Notes under the pieces: model-generated | The model's input: only the letters and a program-made list of their open reading frames with translations | Told to the model about the DNA's origin: nothing | Database searches by the model: none | Shown: positions 13,713 to 26,507 of the stretch, piece by piece | Position numbering within the stretch: the stretch's first letter is position 1 | Layout of the letters: every line of letters begins with the position of its first letter | Source: Carcharhinus longimanus | Lineage: Eukaryota | DNA length: 60,215 nt | Direction: 5' to 3' | NCBI GenBank assembly: GCA_030264375.1 | Contig: JASCQW010000119.1 | Span: 6,909,961-6,970,175, forward strand | Translations under genes and position numbers: made by a program

Positions 13713-14483
13713 TTGGCCGTGAGCAGAGACAACATGTTAGAAACAAAATATGTCATTTTGAACAGTTTATTGCTGAGTACGTGTCGTATGTTAATAACGT
13801 CCATTACATTTTACATCATTTAAAAAATGGGGTGGTAAGAGTTCGGTTTGGATTTGCAGGGCACTTTCAAAGGTACATATTATCAGTGTCCCACTTTTCT
13901 GTAGATTGCCGTGTTGTTTCTGTCCTTTAATGGACAGTCCAGTATGACATGTCCAGGGGTCCATTCTCGCTAGTATAATTGCAACACATATTTCAGCGTC
14001 AGTGACTTCAGCAGTCTTCAGTTCCTTCAGACGTTGCATTACACAGTCTACATTGAATGAAATGGACTATATAACATGTGCGATTTTGGACTCCTACAAA
14101 GGTACCGCGACACGTATTAAACTTGGCATGTCTGGCGGAAGATTATTGTGCATGCTTCAAGACTCATATGTTGCACCGGTGACCTGGGATTCCGCCGTGA
14201 GATTTGCAATCTGTTGAACCTGACTCTCTACTGCATTGCAGACTTGTGCACAATATTCCTGGCTGTACGTGGCATGTCAACAAAGCTCAGATGTAATCCA
14301 TTTATTGTGGGAGAGTTAGCTCTGCCTGCTACTTGCACGTTGTGTTGTGCAGTTAATCTTGCAAGGACATTCACTGGTTTGACTTCTAATCTTCAGATCT
14401 GCCTGTTGTTTCTTCTGGCATGTCATGCTGCATTCTTCATTGAACCAGGATTGAACACTTGGCTTAAAGCAAATGATAGTGCA

Positions 14484-14795
14484 ATAGAGTCATAGGGGTT
14501 TACAGCATGGAAAGAGACTCTTCGGCTCAACTTGTCCCTGTCGCCATTCTGTAAAACCCTAATTTAATCCAATTGCCCATTTTTGGCCCATATCCCTCTT
14601 TACCTAGGGTATCCATGTAACTATCTAAAACATTTTTAAAAGATAAAATTATCCCCCCCCCCATTACTACTTCTGACAGCTTGTTCGAGGCACTGCCCAG
14701 CCTCTGTGTGAAAAAAATGCCCCCTGGACGCCTTTGTGTCCCTCCTCTCTCACCTTAAACCTACGTCCTCTAGTTTTAGACTCCCTTACCTTTGG
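14484..14795 (-). mobile_element. CR1 3' end nested in the older LINE
   Basis: Starts with the ATAGAGTCATAG tail; the reverse complement encodes SKTRGRRFKVR...FFTQR. Confidence 0.85.
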
Positions 14796-17700
14796 TACCA
14801 GAATGCTTCGGGTACAATAGATTGTGGTTGGAGAACAGTTTTCTGCTGATGGTACACAGTTTCTCGCAGATGTCCAAGCTTGAGATTGAGATCTGTATAG
14901 AGATTTTCCGATTTATGCCGTTGACCCACTAAATGAAGCACAATATCAGAGTCTATGTTGTCACGATATTTTGTCCGCAACTGAGTGTAAGATGATCGCT
15001 CATACAGATACTTCAGTGGACACATGCAACGGCAACAGGTAATTTGGTGTCGTTTGAGTTCCCTCTTCAATGGTTACAGTTCCAGACTTACAGGTACGTA
15101 TATTAAGACACACAGAAATCGCTCTGTAACGGCACCATAGATCATTATCTGTGATGGGTATTCAGTCCTCAAGCATATTACTTAATGTTGCTTCCCTTGG
15201 TGTTTTTTTTTCAGCATTTATTTTTTCAAGAGGAAGCTGAGGTCACACGACCGGTGGCAATAAGCAGTATAATTTCTTTCGTTTGGCAACTTTCCAGGAA
15301 ACGCTTGGCTTGAAATAATGGCGTTCCAGATTCTACCTTTGACCAGATTATTACATGAAATGGAAGGCGATTGTACAAATCGACCTGATGTGCAGAATGA
15401 AACCAACTCATGTGGAAAGTCCCAGTGCATCGGATTCCAGAAGGTATTCCGGGGTATTATCATATTCATGAATTATTCCCTCATGCAAGAAATTTGTTTA
15501 GTTTTCTTTTCCAAATAATCGATTGTTTCAGATTGGGTCATCACCCTGGAGAAAATACATTTTGAAAAGCAATTATGTATTTTTCGTGCATTTTGTGCAC
15601 NNNNNNNNNNNNNCATGAAATTTGCTTAACCTGCTAATCAATGATAGTTTATTATAAAGTGTCGTGGGACTTGCAGAGTGATCCAAAACTCGATGGAATT
15701 TCCACTTAATGTCAGCACCTTCAAGTGCGTTGCCAATACACTTCGAACTTCAATACGCTGCTGATATTACAATGTGAGGGGGGAAATGTATTGTCACCCC
15801 ATAAGGACTCAGAAAGAGCGATATGAAAGGGTTTGTGAGATACTGCATGTGTTGTTTCCATTTTCTACGTTCTTCATAATTCAACCAGATTACTGCAAAT
15901 TTAGGTATTTTGCACATGCTGAAGAAAATGAGTCATTCAATTAAACAAAAAAAAACTACCATTCGCCCACTTTCCTTTTGCTTCTTCTGTGAACAAAATG
16001 TACAGATGTCTATTAAAATGTGTCATCTTTCATGTCATGCATCTATAAAACTCATGCGTTTTGCAGGAGTATTGGAACAGAAAATCCATTATGAAGCCAC
16101 GTTGGCAAACGGTTGGAAAATGAATGAATGAAACATTACAAAAGAGGCAAGTTTTTTTTTAAATAGACCAACAAAGTTCGGGAGTGTGATCGTCAATTTT
16201 AACGAGATAACGTGGAACCTCGGAAACGGTCATCTGGACGCATTCCAGCAATCAATCTAAGTAGGAAATGATGTACTGGCGTGTGGCTTCACTGAAGGGA
16301 AATCGACTAATCTGAGACGAAATCGAAGACGGCATTGTTTTGTTTCAAAACAGGTGGTTAAATAACAATTTAACACATGTATTAAATAAATATAGAATTT
16401 GAAACAAATAAGATTTTGTTTAAGTTTCTACCAGAATGAAGGTAAAACTATCAATAACTTAGCGTATTAATAACTTGAGGAAAAAAAAGTCTGGTGACGA
16501 AATCCTGGTCATTACATTAAGTTGGAACTGTTATGCCATTGGTCACAATTCGTAAAGCAATTGTGGAATAAGACACAAATATAGCTGGAAAAAATGACAA
16601 TGGATGATTATTTTAATTGATTCTTTTGTCAAATAAATTGTGAAAAGGCAGCTCAGCTAGCCGTATATTACAGCTGCTAAAAAGAGCTGGAGCAAATAAG
16701 GCTAAAACGCCTCTTATGTTTATTGAAACAACTCTCGTTTCATGTTTACAAACGGGTGCAATATCGCAAATTTTAAAACGAACAGGAAAAATACAGCGAA
16801 GTTTAATCAATCCATTCAAGAACGGGGTGTGTCACAATTCGAAAGTAATTTCATGACTGTTGATCCAAATATTTTTTTTTCCCGAACCATTTGCCTCACG
16901 CTCCAGCTCGCACTTCCTCAGTTCTGAAAAACAAAAGAATATTTTTGCCCGGTCACATTATTGTTCTCATTCTCAAATTACATCGATGATGCAACTAATA
17001 GCACGTTATTTCTTCTAGAATTTCGGTATGTTAGTATGGAGGAGAAATGCGATTTTATTTTCTCTTCTTTGTTGTGTACGCCGAAGGCACTGGTCGTTAC
17101 ACGTACATAAATATTATCACTCTCAGCGGTTAACATTCACTGTTTAGACGAAAAAAAATAACTTTCTCCCTTTATCTCTGGAACACTATCTGCTACCTAC
17201 TGTTACAATTTGAGAAACATCCGAGCAGAATGAAACGCAGCAGGCTATTTGTTTTACAAAATAAATAAACTTGAGTTCATCAAGATTAAAACACATTTCG
17301 TTCTTCAGGGCTATACCGGCCGATTTTATTCTTAATTTAGTACCGGTTTGCATACTGCTTTTGTGTACGCCAAAATACAATTTGAACTCAATTATTTGCG
17401 TAATGCTATCATGGAACGTTTCTTTCACAGAGTACGTTATGTATAGCATTACATATATTTTGAAATATATTTCAAATTATGTGAAAATCCATAACATGGG
17501 CTTCACAAGTTTCTGGCGAGCTGCAATTGTTTGTATTTTCATGACACAAGGGGACCAGCTATGCATACAATTTTAACTCTGAAATATTTTATGCTGCGCA
17601 GGCGACAGGGGTAAACAATATTGTGGCAATACATTCCAGTTCCTGCAGATCGATCGAAATTTGATTCAGCCATCGGATGTTACAGTCATGCTGTCGTCCA

Positions 17701-19604
17701 CTGTATCGTTATTCTACCATACAGGCGTTGAGCAGGAAATTCAGCATGTCATTTGTGTTGCTGGGGGCTTCATACCATTCTCCTTTTCAAATAGTGTGCC
17801 CACTGAAAAACAGGTCAAATCGAGAAAATGAGGTAATATCGTGAATGCAGGCAGATGTTTACCACAACTTAGCATAACAAACATTGTACTCGCAACAATC
17901 TCCATGAAATTATGTCATAAGCACTGCTAACACTTCTGTCGATCTGTTTTTTTTTCCAATTCAAGTGTTAACTTGATCAAAAAAAATACTGCAAATTAAA
18001 AAAAACAAATGTAATTGTGAATTTGATCGCATATCAGTCTTTTAAAAAAAGATTTCGTAAATAATTAAGTAAACTTCCATAAACTTACATGCAGAAGCTG
18101 AATGTTATTTTCCAAGTGATTTTCATTGCTGAATTCAAGATTCTGACACCAGTGTCAAAACTTTTGTTTTCGTATGCTGACCATATCTGCCTTTCCATGT
18201 TTCTTTTCAATGTTGCATTATTTAGATACTGTCCTTAAAGTTCTTTATAATATCAATGCTGTTTTCGTTCCGAATTGTTATATTTGTAAAAATTACAACC
18301 AGTAAACATAACACAAAAATATCAAAGCAACTCCATTAGACTTCCTTCAATAGTGGCGGTATTAGAGTGACGTCATTCTGGCGGCGGATACTCTGTACGG
18401 TTATCTGCCACTCTGTAAGACAGTCATGAAAATTTGGCTCAAAGAGAAAAAAAAGTTGCCTAAACTTGGGGGATGTTCTTTTATTTTATCGCAAAGTATC
18501 GGTTCGGAGTTTTTTTTTGAACTTAACATTAGTGAGATCATCTATATAACTATTAAGTATCTCCATTGTCCACAATATCTATGCTCACGAATAATATTAA
18601 TGAATTCTGAGCTGAACTAATTAATGCTCAATTCGCCAACTGTTGCGGAGTCAAAGGACGGCTCCTTGATATAAAAAAAATAAAATTCTTAAACAATAAC
18701 GGCATGGCCATCGTCAAAAAGTAAGTGATACACTTTTAATAATTTTATTTGTCAGCATTTTCCTCCAAATACTAAAATCATTCAAGACGTGTTGATGAAT
18801 AACGCTGTATGCTTACTGGTCTTCTGCAGAAGTTCCTGAAGATCTGTAAAAGAATATTTAATACTGATCGCAAAAACCCACAACTTTGAACTGCATTTGT
18901 GAGTATTTTAACATTAGTTGCCGCCTCAGCGTCTCTCCTAAAATATAAGAAGGGTCAGTCAGCATCCACAACTGAGATTGCAGTCGTCTCCCAATCCGAG
19001 GCTGCCAAAAATAATGTTGCTGCGTATACATGAATTATCACCGAACTCATTGGTAGCCATAATTGCTTTACAATCGCCAAATTCTTAGACCTTTTTAACT
19101 TCTTCGATGTAGGATCCATGAAACTTTTGCAGCAGATTATACGTCAATGCAACTGAAATCTGACTTTTGAAGTGCCTGTCGGGTTTGGAATTGCATGCAT
19201 CTCATGTTCTGAATTCACCATATCGAACTGTATATTGAATTGCAACACCCTTCATATGGTGTATTTAGTGACTGTTTGCATCCACGTTACCATAAGTGAT
19301 CAAACCATCAATGATACAGCAAGAACAGCAGAAACGTTAGCCAATCGCAAGAAGCAGCCGCTCATAAGCTACATCGTAAGCATAATTTCAGGTGATAAGG
19401 TATAGTTTATTGACACTAGATGCAACAGCATCCTTTTAAAATTTCTAAAGTTTGGAAACCTTGCAAACACCTGTGCATTTCTGGAAATTTCCAGTGCCAC
19501 GTAATTGTTGTGAACACCCATTTCATAGCGATTCGTTAAGATCAAGGAAAAATGGCAATGAAAGCATCTTTCATTTCTCAAAAAAAGCCAAATTGTGCTA
19601 CTTC

Positions 19605-19930
19605 GGGCGAAGTGGTGGTCAGCAAAGATGCCTCACAGTGCAAGGGACTCAGTTTCGTTTCCAGGCTCCGGTCAGTGTATGCATGGAATTTGCGTATTTT
19701 CTTCGTGTGTTATTACATTTCGCCGAGTGCTCCGCTTTCTCCCCACGGGTCGAAGATGCGTGTGTGTGTTAGGTGGATCTGTCATGCTAAATTGCTGCTT
19801 AGTTTCAGCGGGGCCAGCAGGGATAAGATTCATGGTGCTACGGGATGCGGCCTGACTGAAATTGTGGCCGGTGGATACTCGATGGGCCGATTGGTCTCCT
19901 TCTACACCGTAGGGATTTTATGTTTCTACT
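19605..19930 (+). mobile_element. HE1/V-SINE-type tRNA-derived SINE
   Basis: tRNA-like head (GCCTCACAGTGCAAGGGAC), central domain (GAGTGCTCCGCTTTCTCCCCAC...GTTAGGTGGAT...ATGCTAAATTG) and CR1-like tail (CTCGATGGGCCGA...GTAGGGATTTTATG). Confidence 0.85.
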
Positions 19931-20289
19931 GTTATGTTGTTCTAAGTTAAGTGCTCTTTTCAGAAAGACAAAGCCACATAATATCCTATTTGTACAAGCT
20001 GTTTGATTAGATGAACACATCTTTGATTAAAAAGATTTGAAAGGAAATGCTGCGGCCATCAGTTTAATACTTTATCAGTTCAATTAATTTATGTACTTCG
20101 TGCTCAAGATTCAGGTGATAATTTAAATTGGTGAATATAACTATCTTGGCGTACCCTTACCACCATTTATTTTCAATGCAGATTGGAGCAGCAACAAATC
20201 GATTTCATCTGATATTCATCAAGGTATGTTACTCAACACTGCATCAAAAGAATACCGAAAATATAACTTTCACCTGAAGCCTTCTGAAT

Positions 20290-21700
20290 TGCGTGACAAC
20301 CTCCCGGACATCCATGGGGAACTCTTAACCGATCTCCCTGTGAGACTCATGGAACAGAAATTCCCTGGTGAGAGGCAATGCCCTATCTCGGTGGAGCTCG
20401 TCAAACCAGGCTTTAGATCCGACCGCCACAGACAGAACACACAGATGTGTACCACAGAGCTATGGTTAAAGTTCACCCTTTTTTTCACAAACATTATGCT
20501 TTCCAGTCGGAGTGCTGAGATTTTTCTTGGCGATAAAGAAGAAGAAACATTTTTGGTACCATTGTCGCTTGACAGACACTTAAGAGTGTAACCACAAGGT
20601 ATTGCAATCCCTTTGTCTGGAAAGGTAGAACCAAACGATAGCTATGTTAATGGTGCGTATGCCGAGGAATTGAAATAATACTTCCTAGAAAATGTAAAAG
20701 ATGGCGATAACCTGCAAAAAAGTAATTTTCATGCCAACTGGCAGGGCGCCATATTTCAACATGATACACCGGTTGAAATATTCGGCAGCTGTGGTTTCAA
20801 AAACACAGTTTTTCTTTTAAACTGAATAGCATTGGTAGCAACAGAAACTGTTCGTTATATCATTGCGATATAGATTATCTACGACAAGCAGATTCACAGG
20901 AATTGACGTCCGAATGTTTAGCATGATTGCAGATATTGTCTGCACTTCTGATAATGTTGAGGAATGGCTTAGCGCGTGGCATCCGTAATACAGCGACTCA
21001 AAATAGGTTACAGACTGAGCTGAACCAGGGTCTAAAACACTCAAACAGCTGGGTCTTCGTAGCAAAAAACGCGAAGAAACGGGCATGGAAACTTAAGTAA
21101 CCCATAGATTGCAGGGCTCTCGGACATGCCCGACTCGCGTAGTGGAGACCTAGGTCCCCAGCAGAAAGCAACACTTTCTTAATTATTGGCGAGGAAGGAC
21201 GAAAGGTCAAAAAACCCATAAAATTGCGCAAAAGGCAAAAAGGTTGATTCCACAGTATAAAGAAAATCATTCATAGCAATGGCATAGGTGCAGCCCAATG
21301 CGTACCCAACACGGTTACCACCCGCCCCCCAAAAAAAAACAATTCGAGTACCGCCTAATTGAAAGGGTGAAGCGAACTCGAGACCCAGATTTTCAGACAA
21401 ACCAGGCCAAGGAAGGTCAATGTTAATATACGCCTTACTTGTGATTAATGAATACTCTTTAACATGAATCCTTGCTTTGAATTGTATCACCACAATCAAA
21501 CTGTCCCCAATTCAGATCCAGCTGCGAGCGAACAGTCACCCATTAAACGTGGAGGTAGATGCAGGTGCAGCTGTATCCTTCGCTGGAAAGCGATTTAGGT
21601 GACTCGGATTGTGTGTATATTTTTCTAAGCCCGAGAAACAGAAGGAACATTTTGACACTTACACCTGGGAAAAAATGCATTAACGAGACCAGAGAAAATA
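20290..21700 (+). mobile_element. Gypsy (Mag/SURL-like) LTR retrotransposon: 5' LTR, PBS, gag and protease remnant
   Basis: PBS-like TGGCGA at ~20528; gag start IPLSGKVEPND..AYAEELK*YFLEN (~20607); aspartic protease LSPIQIQLRANSHPLNVEVDAGAAVSF (21501-21581). Confidence 0.75.
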
Positions 21701-21811
21701 ATATAATTTTGTCAGAAATTTACCGCAGTAATCACGGATGATGGACTGCCCATACTAGATTGCCCCTCGGCGTCGAAAGATGAGTAGGTGGGTGAATTAG
21801 TAATGTTAAGA

Positions 21812-22136
21812 TCGTAGAATAATAGAGTAATACAGTGCAAAATGAGGCTATTCAACCCATCGACTCTGCATAATCCCACTCAGTCTATCCCCCCACCCCG
21901 AAAAAATCACGTGCTTATCCTAGCTAGTTTCCTGGATACTAAACGGCAATTTATCATGGTCGCTGCAACTAACCCGCATATCTTTGGACTGTGGGTGTAA
22001 ACCCAAAGACGGGAGGAAAGTCACGGTGACACGGGGAGAAAGTGCAAACTTACAACATCCAATGACGCAAGCCGGGAATCGATCCTGTAGTACCTGGCGC
22101 TGTGAGGCAGCAGTGTTAACCGCTTTACCTCCGTGA
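21812..22136 (-). mobile_element. HE1/V-SINE-type SINE nested in an older + strand SINE (21745-21811 and 22137-22245)
   Basis: ATCTTTGGACTGTGGG...GGGAATCGATCC...GCTGTGAGGCAGCAGTGTTAACC; the flanks join into a + strand SINE 3' half. Confidence 0.85.
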
Positions 22137-22899
22137 GGTATTACGTTAGAAGGGCCTGGATAAGATTGTCTTTCGATGGGTTAATACAAAATGTGATGAG
22201 CCGAATTGACTGTTCTGTACGACAATGTTTATACGATTCTATGACGGATCGTGCGATTTTAAAACAACTGTTTACAGATTGAAAACATGGAATGCCAAAG
22301 ACGTGCGTGTATTATGATTCTGGGATAGTGGCCGATAATAGTATCGATGTTCGTCAATCATAGTTTAAACTTTACTCGTTCTGGCAGTGTGATATTTGCT
22401 GGGAGTAAATAATGATGTCTTCTTGAAGGTACCCCTTGTCAGCACCCACACACAAAAAAAATCATGTCTGTTTTATTCCGAGACTTCAGTAGACTCGCGA
22501 TCATGTTTTCATCTATTATGAGGAGGCCTTATAAAATGAAGAGGACAATTGAGCTCAGAAATATAATTATATAAATGAATCAGAATAAAGGATTGGGGGA
22601 TGTTTATTTTATTAAATATTTACCACACAACAAAGCTTAAAACTTAGTTAAAATTTAACGTCCATCCGATCGAATGTGCGCCTCGGGAACTGGCTACGCA
22701 AAGTTGGGGATATCATATGGATTGAACAATGAAATTCTATCTGTGTTCTGTACGGCGGGAAATAAACAGGAGCAAAGGTATGCAAAGGTAAATGAAAGTG
22801 GAATACATTTCCAGAACATTGCAGTAGCCAGAAATGCATAAGTGAACAATTCTTTGATGCTGTTAGTGTACAAAATCGGCAGGGTGTTGCAGACATGAA

Positions 22900-24160
22900 T
22901 AAAGTAATTGAAGCCTGTAAGAGAGACATAACAATAATTAGGTCAGTTGGATTGGCTCTGCTAAGTTGTGCATAAATGCTGCAAGATGTGTCGTTTCGCT
23001 GATATCTGGACCTCACCGTACAAAATTTTAAAAAAACATATTTCTTCTGATACTTGATGGATTGTTTTTAATTTGCAAAATTTCCTATGTTCGGAGAAGC
23101 CACCATGAGTGGGCAGGATGAATGTAACTCCACCATTTCAAACAAGGAAATGCTGTGAGCTGAAACGGTGGAAAATGCATGCGAGTGAACTTGGAGGAGC
23201 TTTAAGGCGACTAAAAAGGAACTCCTATGAAGATATATCGATAAGTAATCAGGCAGTGACAAGCTTTTTTCTTTTTAGTTTGCAGGTGTAATCATACAGT
23301 ATCAACCAAATGGAGATCTAGAAGGAAATGGAAATGAATTCAATTGATATGAATGATGGTAATGAAGTGATGGACAAATTTGATGATGTTAAAACAAAAA
23401 TGTGTGGGCGTTAGTTTGGAAAATGGAATATAAAATTGGATGAAATAAAATAAAATCTCTCTTCTTGACGGAAACAAATATACAAAAACATGTGATTTAG
23501 GTGGAAAAAAATATTGCAGAGTCCTGGAATGTGGCAGCTTTGGAGGCGCAGATAATGAATCGTACATATCTTGTGTGAGCTTAAAAGGAAACGATAAGAA
23601 ATGCCAATGTAATATTATAAGGAAATTTTACATAAATATTCCGTTCTTCTGCTTCACTTGCACTAGGCATCCGCGCGACCAAATCGGCAGCACTGCATAC
23701 AGAAGTGTTCAACCTAATTAAAGAAAGGTGCGGAGGTTTGGTAGCCATTCAGAAATGGTTCAACTTATCGACTGAGTGAATGGTTCGAATGTTTTAGGAG
23801 GAAGAAATATACAGATTTGTCATAAATTCGCTAAAATTTCGAAGGTTAAGGGGTGAAAGGGCTGACACTTATAGAATCCTGAAGGATCTTGACTGATTGA
23901 ATGACGATACAGTGTTCTCTCTTGTGGAGGAAAACGGGCACCAGTGACAGCATTATAAAATAATTGCCGACTCATTTAAAAAAAGTGATGACATGATAGT
24001 TTGTCACTAAGAGTATCATAAGCATTTGCAAATAACTTCATAAAATGTGCTCCAACAGATATTAGACTGAAAGTTAAAACAGGGCTGGATAGATTGTTAT
24101 TTATCAAGAAGTGATGGGACATTCGGGGCAGTGGACGTTTAAATTTTAGTTAATTTTCAA
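22900..24160 (+). mobile_element. Highly degenerate CR1 ORF2
   Basis: NVTPPFQ (ANVTPLFK-like) at ~23120 and LRGERADTYRILKDLD (LRGDLIETYKILKGLD-like) at ~23845-23895. Confidence 0.6.
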
Positions 24161-24865
24161 ATCCGTTTTTGTCTTAGTCAGGGTTGGAGGGAATTCGAAG
24201 AGCTGAAAGTTCTGCATTTTTTTTTACGTATGTTAAGAGGCAATGTGGTTCAGCTTTTTCAAAATACACTGATCGGGAGCAGAGAGGCGGCGGCATAGGC
24301 TGGGGAATGTTCAATTCTAACTGTGACAACTCAAAGTCGAATGATAGCCTATGCTGCAGCTTAATTTCGGCAGCAGTAGATCGGGCTGATGAAGAAAAGA
24401 AGAAAACATTCCTGTGTTCAGATTCACCGTAAGCCAACACGAAGTGGTTGAAACCTCGCTCATCATATTGAAATAAAGAAGACAGTTAATTCATCCTGAA
24501 CGAAATTCACAAGTCTTTTTTTTAATGGTTTTTCACTTTATTCGTGGCTGTAACAGCACAATGTTATTTCGACTGTAAATTGTTTACACGGGCAGCAATT
24601 ATATTTCATTCCGGATGTCATTTCATTCCCTCAGCCACCAACGGCACTTCGTCAGTAAGAATCGCATTTGAACCCATATCAACAGAAGCTGATTTGAAAA
24701 AAAAACGTCATTTTGAGGAACGCCAAACTGCCAGAGTTATCGAAAAGTTACTTGTACAGTTGTTCNNNNNNNNNNNNNNNNNNNNNNNNNNNNNNNNNNN
24801 NNNNNNNNNNNNNNNNNNNNNNNNNNNNNNNNNNNNNNNNNNNNNNNNNNNNNNNNNNNNNNNNN

Positions 24866-25470
24866 CACCCTTTCAATGGCTTCCACATCCCTCCTGTAAT
24901 GAGGCGACCAGAACTGAGCACAGTACTCCAAGTGGGGTCTGACCAAGGTCTTATACAGCTGCAGCATTACCTCCCGACTCCTAAACTCAATTCCTCGATT
25001 GATAAGGGCCAGTACACCATACGCCTTCTTAACCACGTTCTCTACCTGCAAAGCCGATCTGAGAGTCCTATGAACCCGGACCCCAAGATCCTTCTGATCA
25101 TCCATACTGCTAAGAGTCTTACCCTTGATATTATATTCCTTCATCCTATTTGACCTGCCAAAATGAACCACCACACGCTTATCTGGGTTGAAGTCCATCT
25201 GCCACTTCTCCGCCCAGTCTTGCATCCTATCTATGTTTTGCTGCAACCTCTGACATCCCTCCACACTATCCACAACACCTCCAACCTTCGTGTCATCAGC
25301 AAACTTACCAACCCATCCTTCCACTTTCTCATCCAGGTCATTTATAAAAATCACAAACAGCAAGGGTCCCAGAACAGATACCTGAGGCACTCCACTGGTG
25401 ACCGACCTCCATGCAGAAAATTGCCCATCTACAAACACTTTCTACCTTCTGTGGGTAAGCTCGTTCTGGA
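24866..25470 (-). mobile_element. Young CR1 reverse-transcriptase fragment with an open frame, ending in a gap
   Basis: SVTSGVPQVSVLGPLLFVIFINDLD...KFADDTKVGG...LYKTLVRPHLEYCAQFWSPHYRRD. Confidence 0.97.
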
Positions 25471-26286
25471 TCCACGAAACAACGTCCTCTTGTGTGTACG
25501 AAACACACACAGTGAAATCATTAAGAGGAATAAGAGATCTGACCACGGGGCACCAATATCTTACCAAAATACAGTTACAATGCTCGAAATGCATATACAA
25601 ATTTAACATGCAATTGTGTGTACTACACATAATCATATTTGCATGTTCGTTTCATCCTGGTATATCCATACACATTTCAGTTTCTGTAATCGTATGTATA
25701 CATATATTCCGCTGAGGTGCTCCTGTTTTTTTGTTGCCTCAATGTGCATACATGATGATGAATGATTCACTTCCTCTCTTTATCCAAGAATCAACTGGAT
25801 TAATTCGAGCATGTAATTCTGCCGACCAGAGAACGATGATCTGATGTATACAATGACGCTCTGGGCTGTTTAAGTTGCCCTCTTTTGCGTTTTGGAGATT
25901 TTTTTTAAAAGCTCTAGTACTTGGGCCATATTGTCTACGACGAGCTGTGCTTAACGTCAGTCTGTATTTGCATTTTTAACGGCGTTATCGAAGAGCATTT
26001 GGCGTAATTTCGCAAAATTCAGACGAACTAATAAAAATAAATAATTTGAACTATTTTGTCAATGTCATTCGATAACGACCTCAGAACTAAATTCCATCGA
26101 TTGACAGTTCCATCATAATTATGTGCGTTGCATTCATTACAAAGACATTGTGATTGAACTCAACTGCAGACTGTAAGAATTTTGTGAGTTAATACAGTGA
26201 TTTCTTACACATTTTAACCCTACAAAACACTGTCATATCCATTCCGTTGCCTTGGCATCAAACATCAGGTACACAACGTCACAGTA

Positions 26287-26507
26287 TAATAGAAACACGA
26301 CAGGATAGATGCAAGCCATTCAGCTCAAAAAGTCTGAACAAACTTTCGAGTGAGGCATCTTAACGAGATCCATCCTGCAGCCCTATCCGCGTAAGCCCCT
26401 AGTTTAACCTCCAATATTCTTCTAACCTTAATCTTTTGAGACACTAAAGAACAGTTTGCCATGTCCAGGGCGACTATGCTGTACATCTTTGGAGTAGAAA
26501 CGTGCAC
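26287..26507 (-). mobile_element. Partial degenerate HE1-type SINE
   Basis: GACACTAAAGAACAGTTTGCCATG...GTACATCTTTGGAG, with a tail resembling the other copies. Confidence 0.6.

Larger units (their letters stand above)
12545..15070 (-). mobile_element. Second, older non-LTR retrotransposon family (CR1/L2 group), interrupted by two CR1 fragments
   Basis: Minus-strand motifs AVGVPQG..FINDL (~13290-13355), EVRVTALDI (~13500-13525) and PWFNEEC (~14430-14450), with endonuclease-region sequence to ~15070. Confidence 0.75.

Noticed and set aside
15230-15545. Minus frame VMTQSETIDYLEKKTKQISC after a strong acceptor, as an Ig V exon
   Set aside because: Wrong splice phase for Ig domains, an internal stop, no DxxxYxC motif and no recombination signal seen.
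10081-20223. Plus-strand exon candidates (10081-10469, 15231-15443, 20182-20223 and others)
   Set aside because: The longer ones have stops in all frames, no family is recognisable, and some overlap the minus-strand candidates, which shows such sites can arise by chance here.
20226-20591. 121-aa ORF as a gene
   Set aside because: It lies mostly over the inferred LTR/PBS of the Gypsy element and has no recognisable domain.
24737-25438. Longest ORF (233 aa) as a host gene
   Set aside because: It is a CR1 reverse-transcriptase fragment, and its length is inflated by an N gap.
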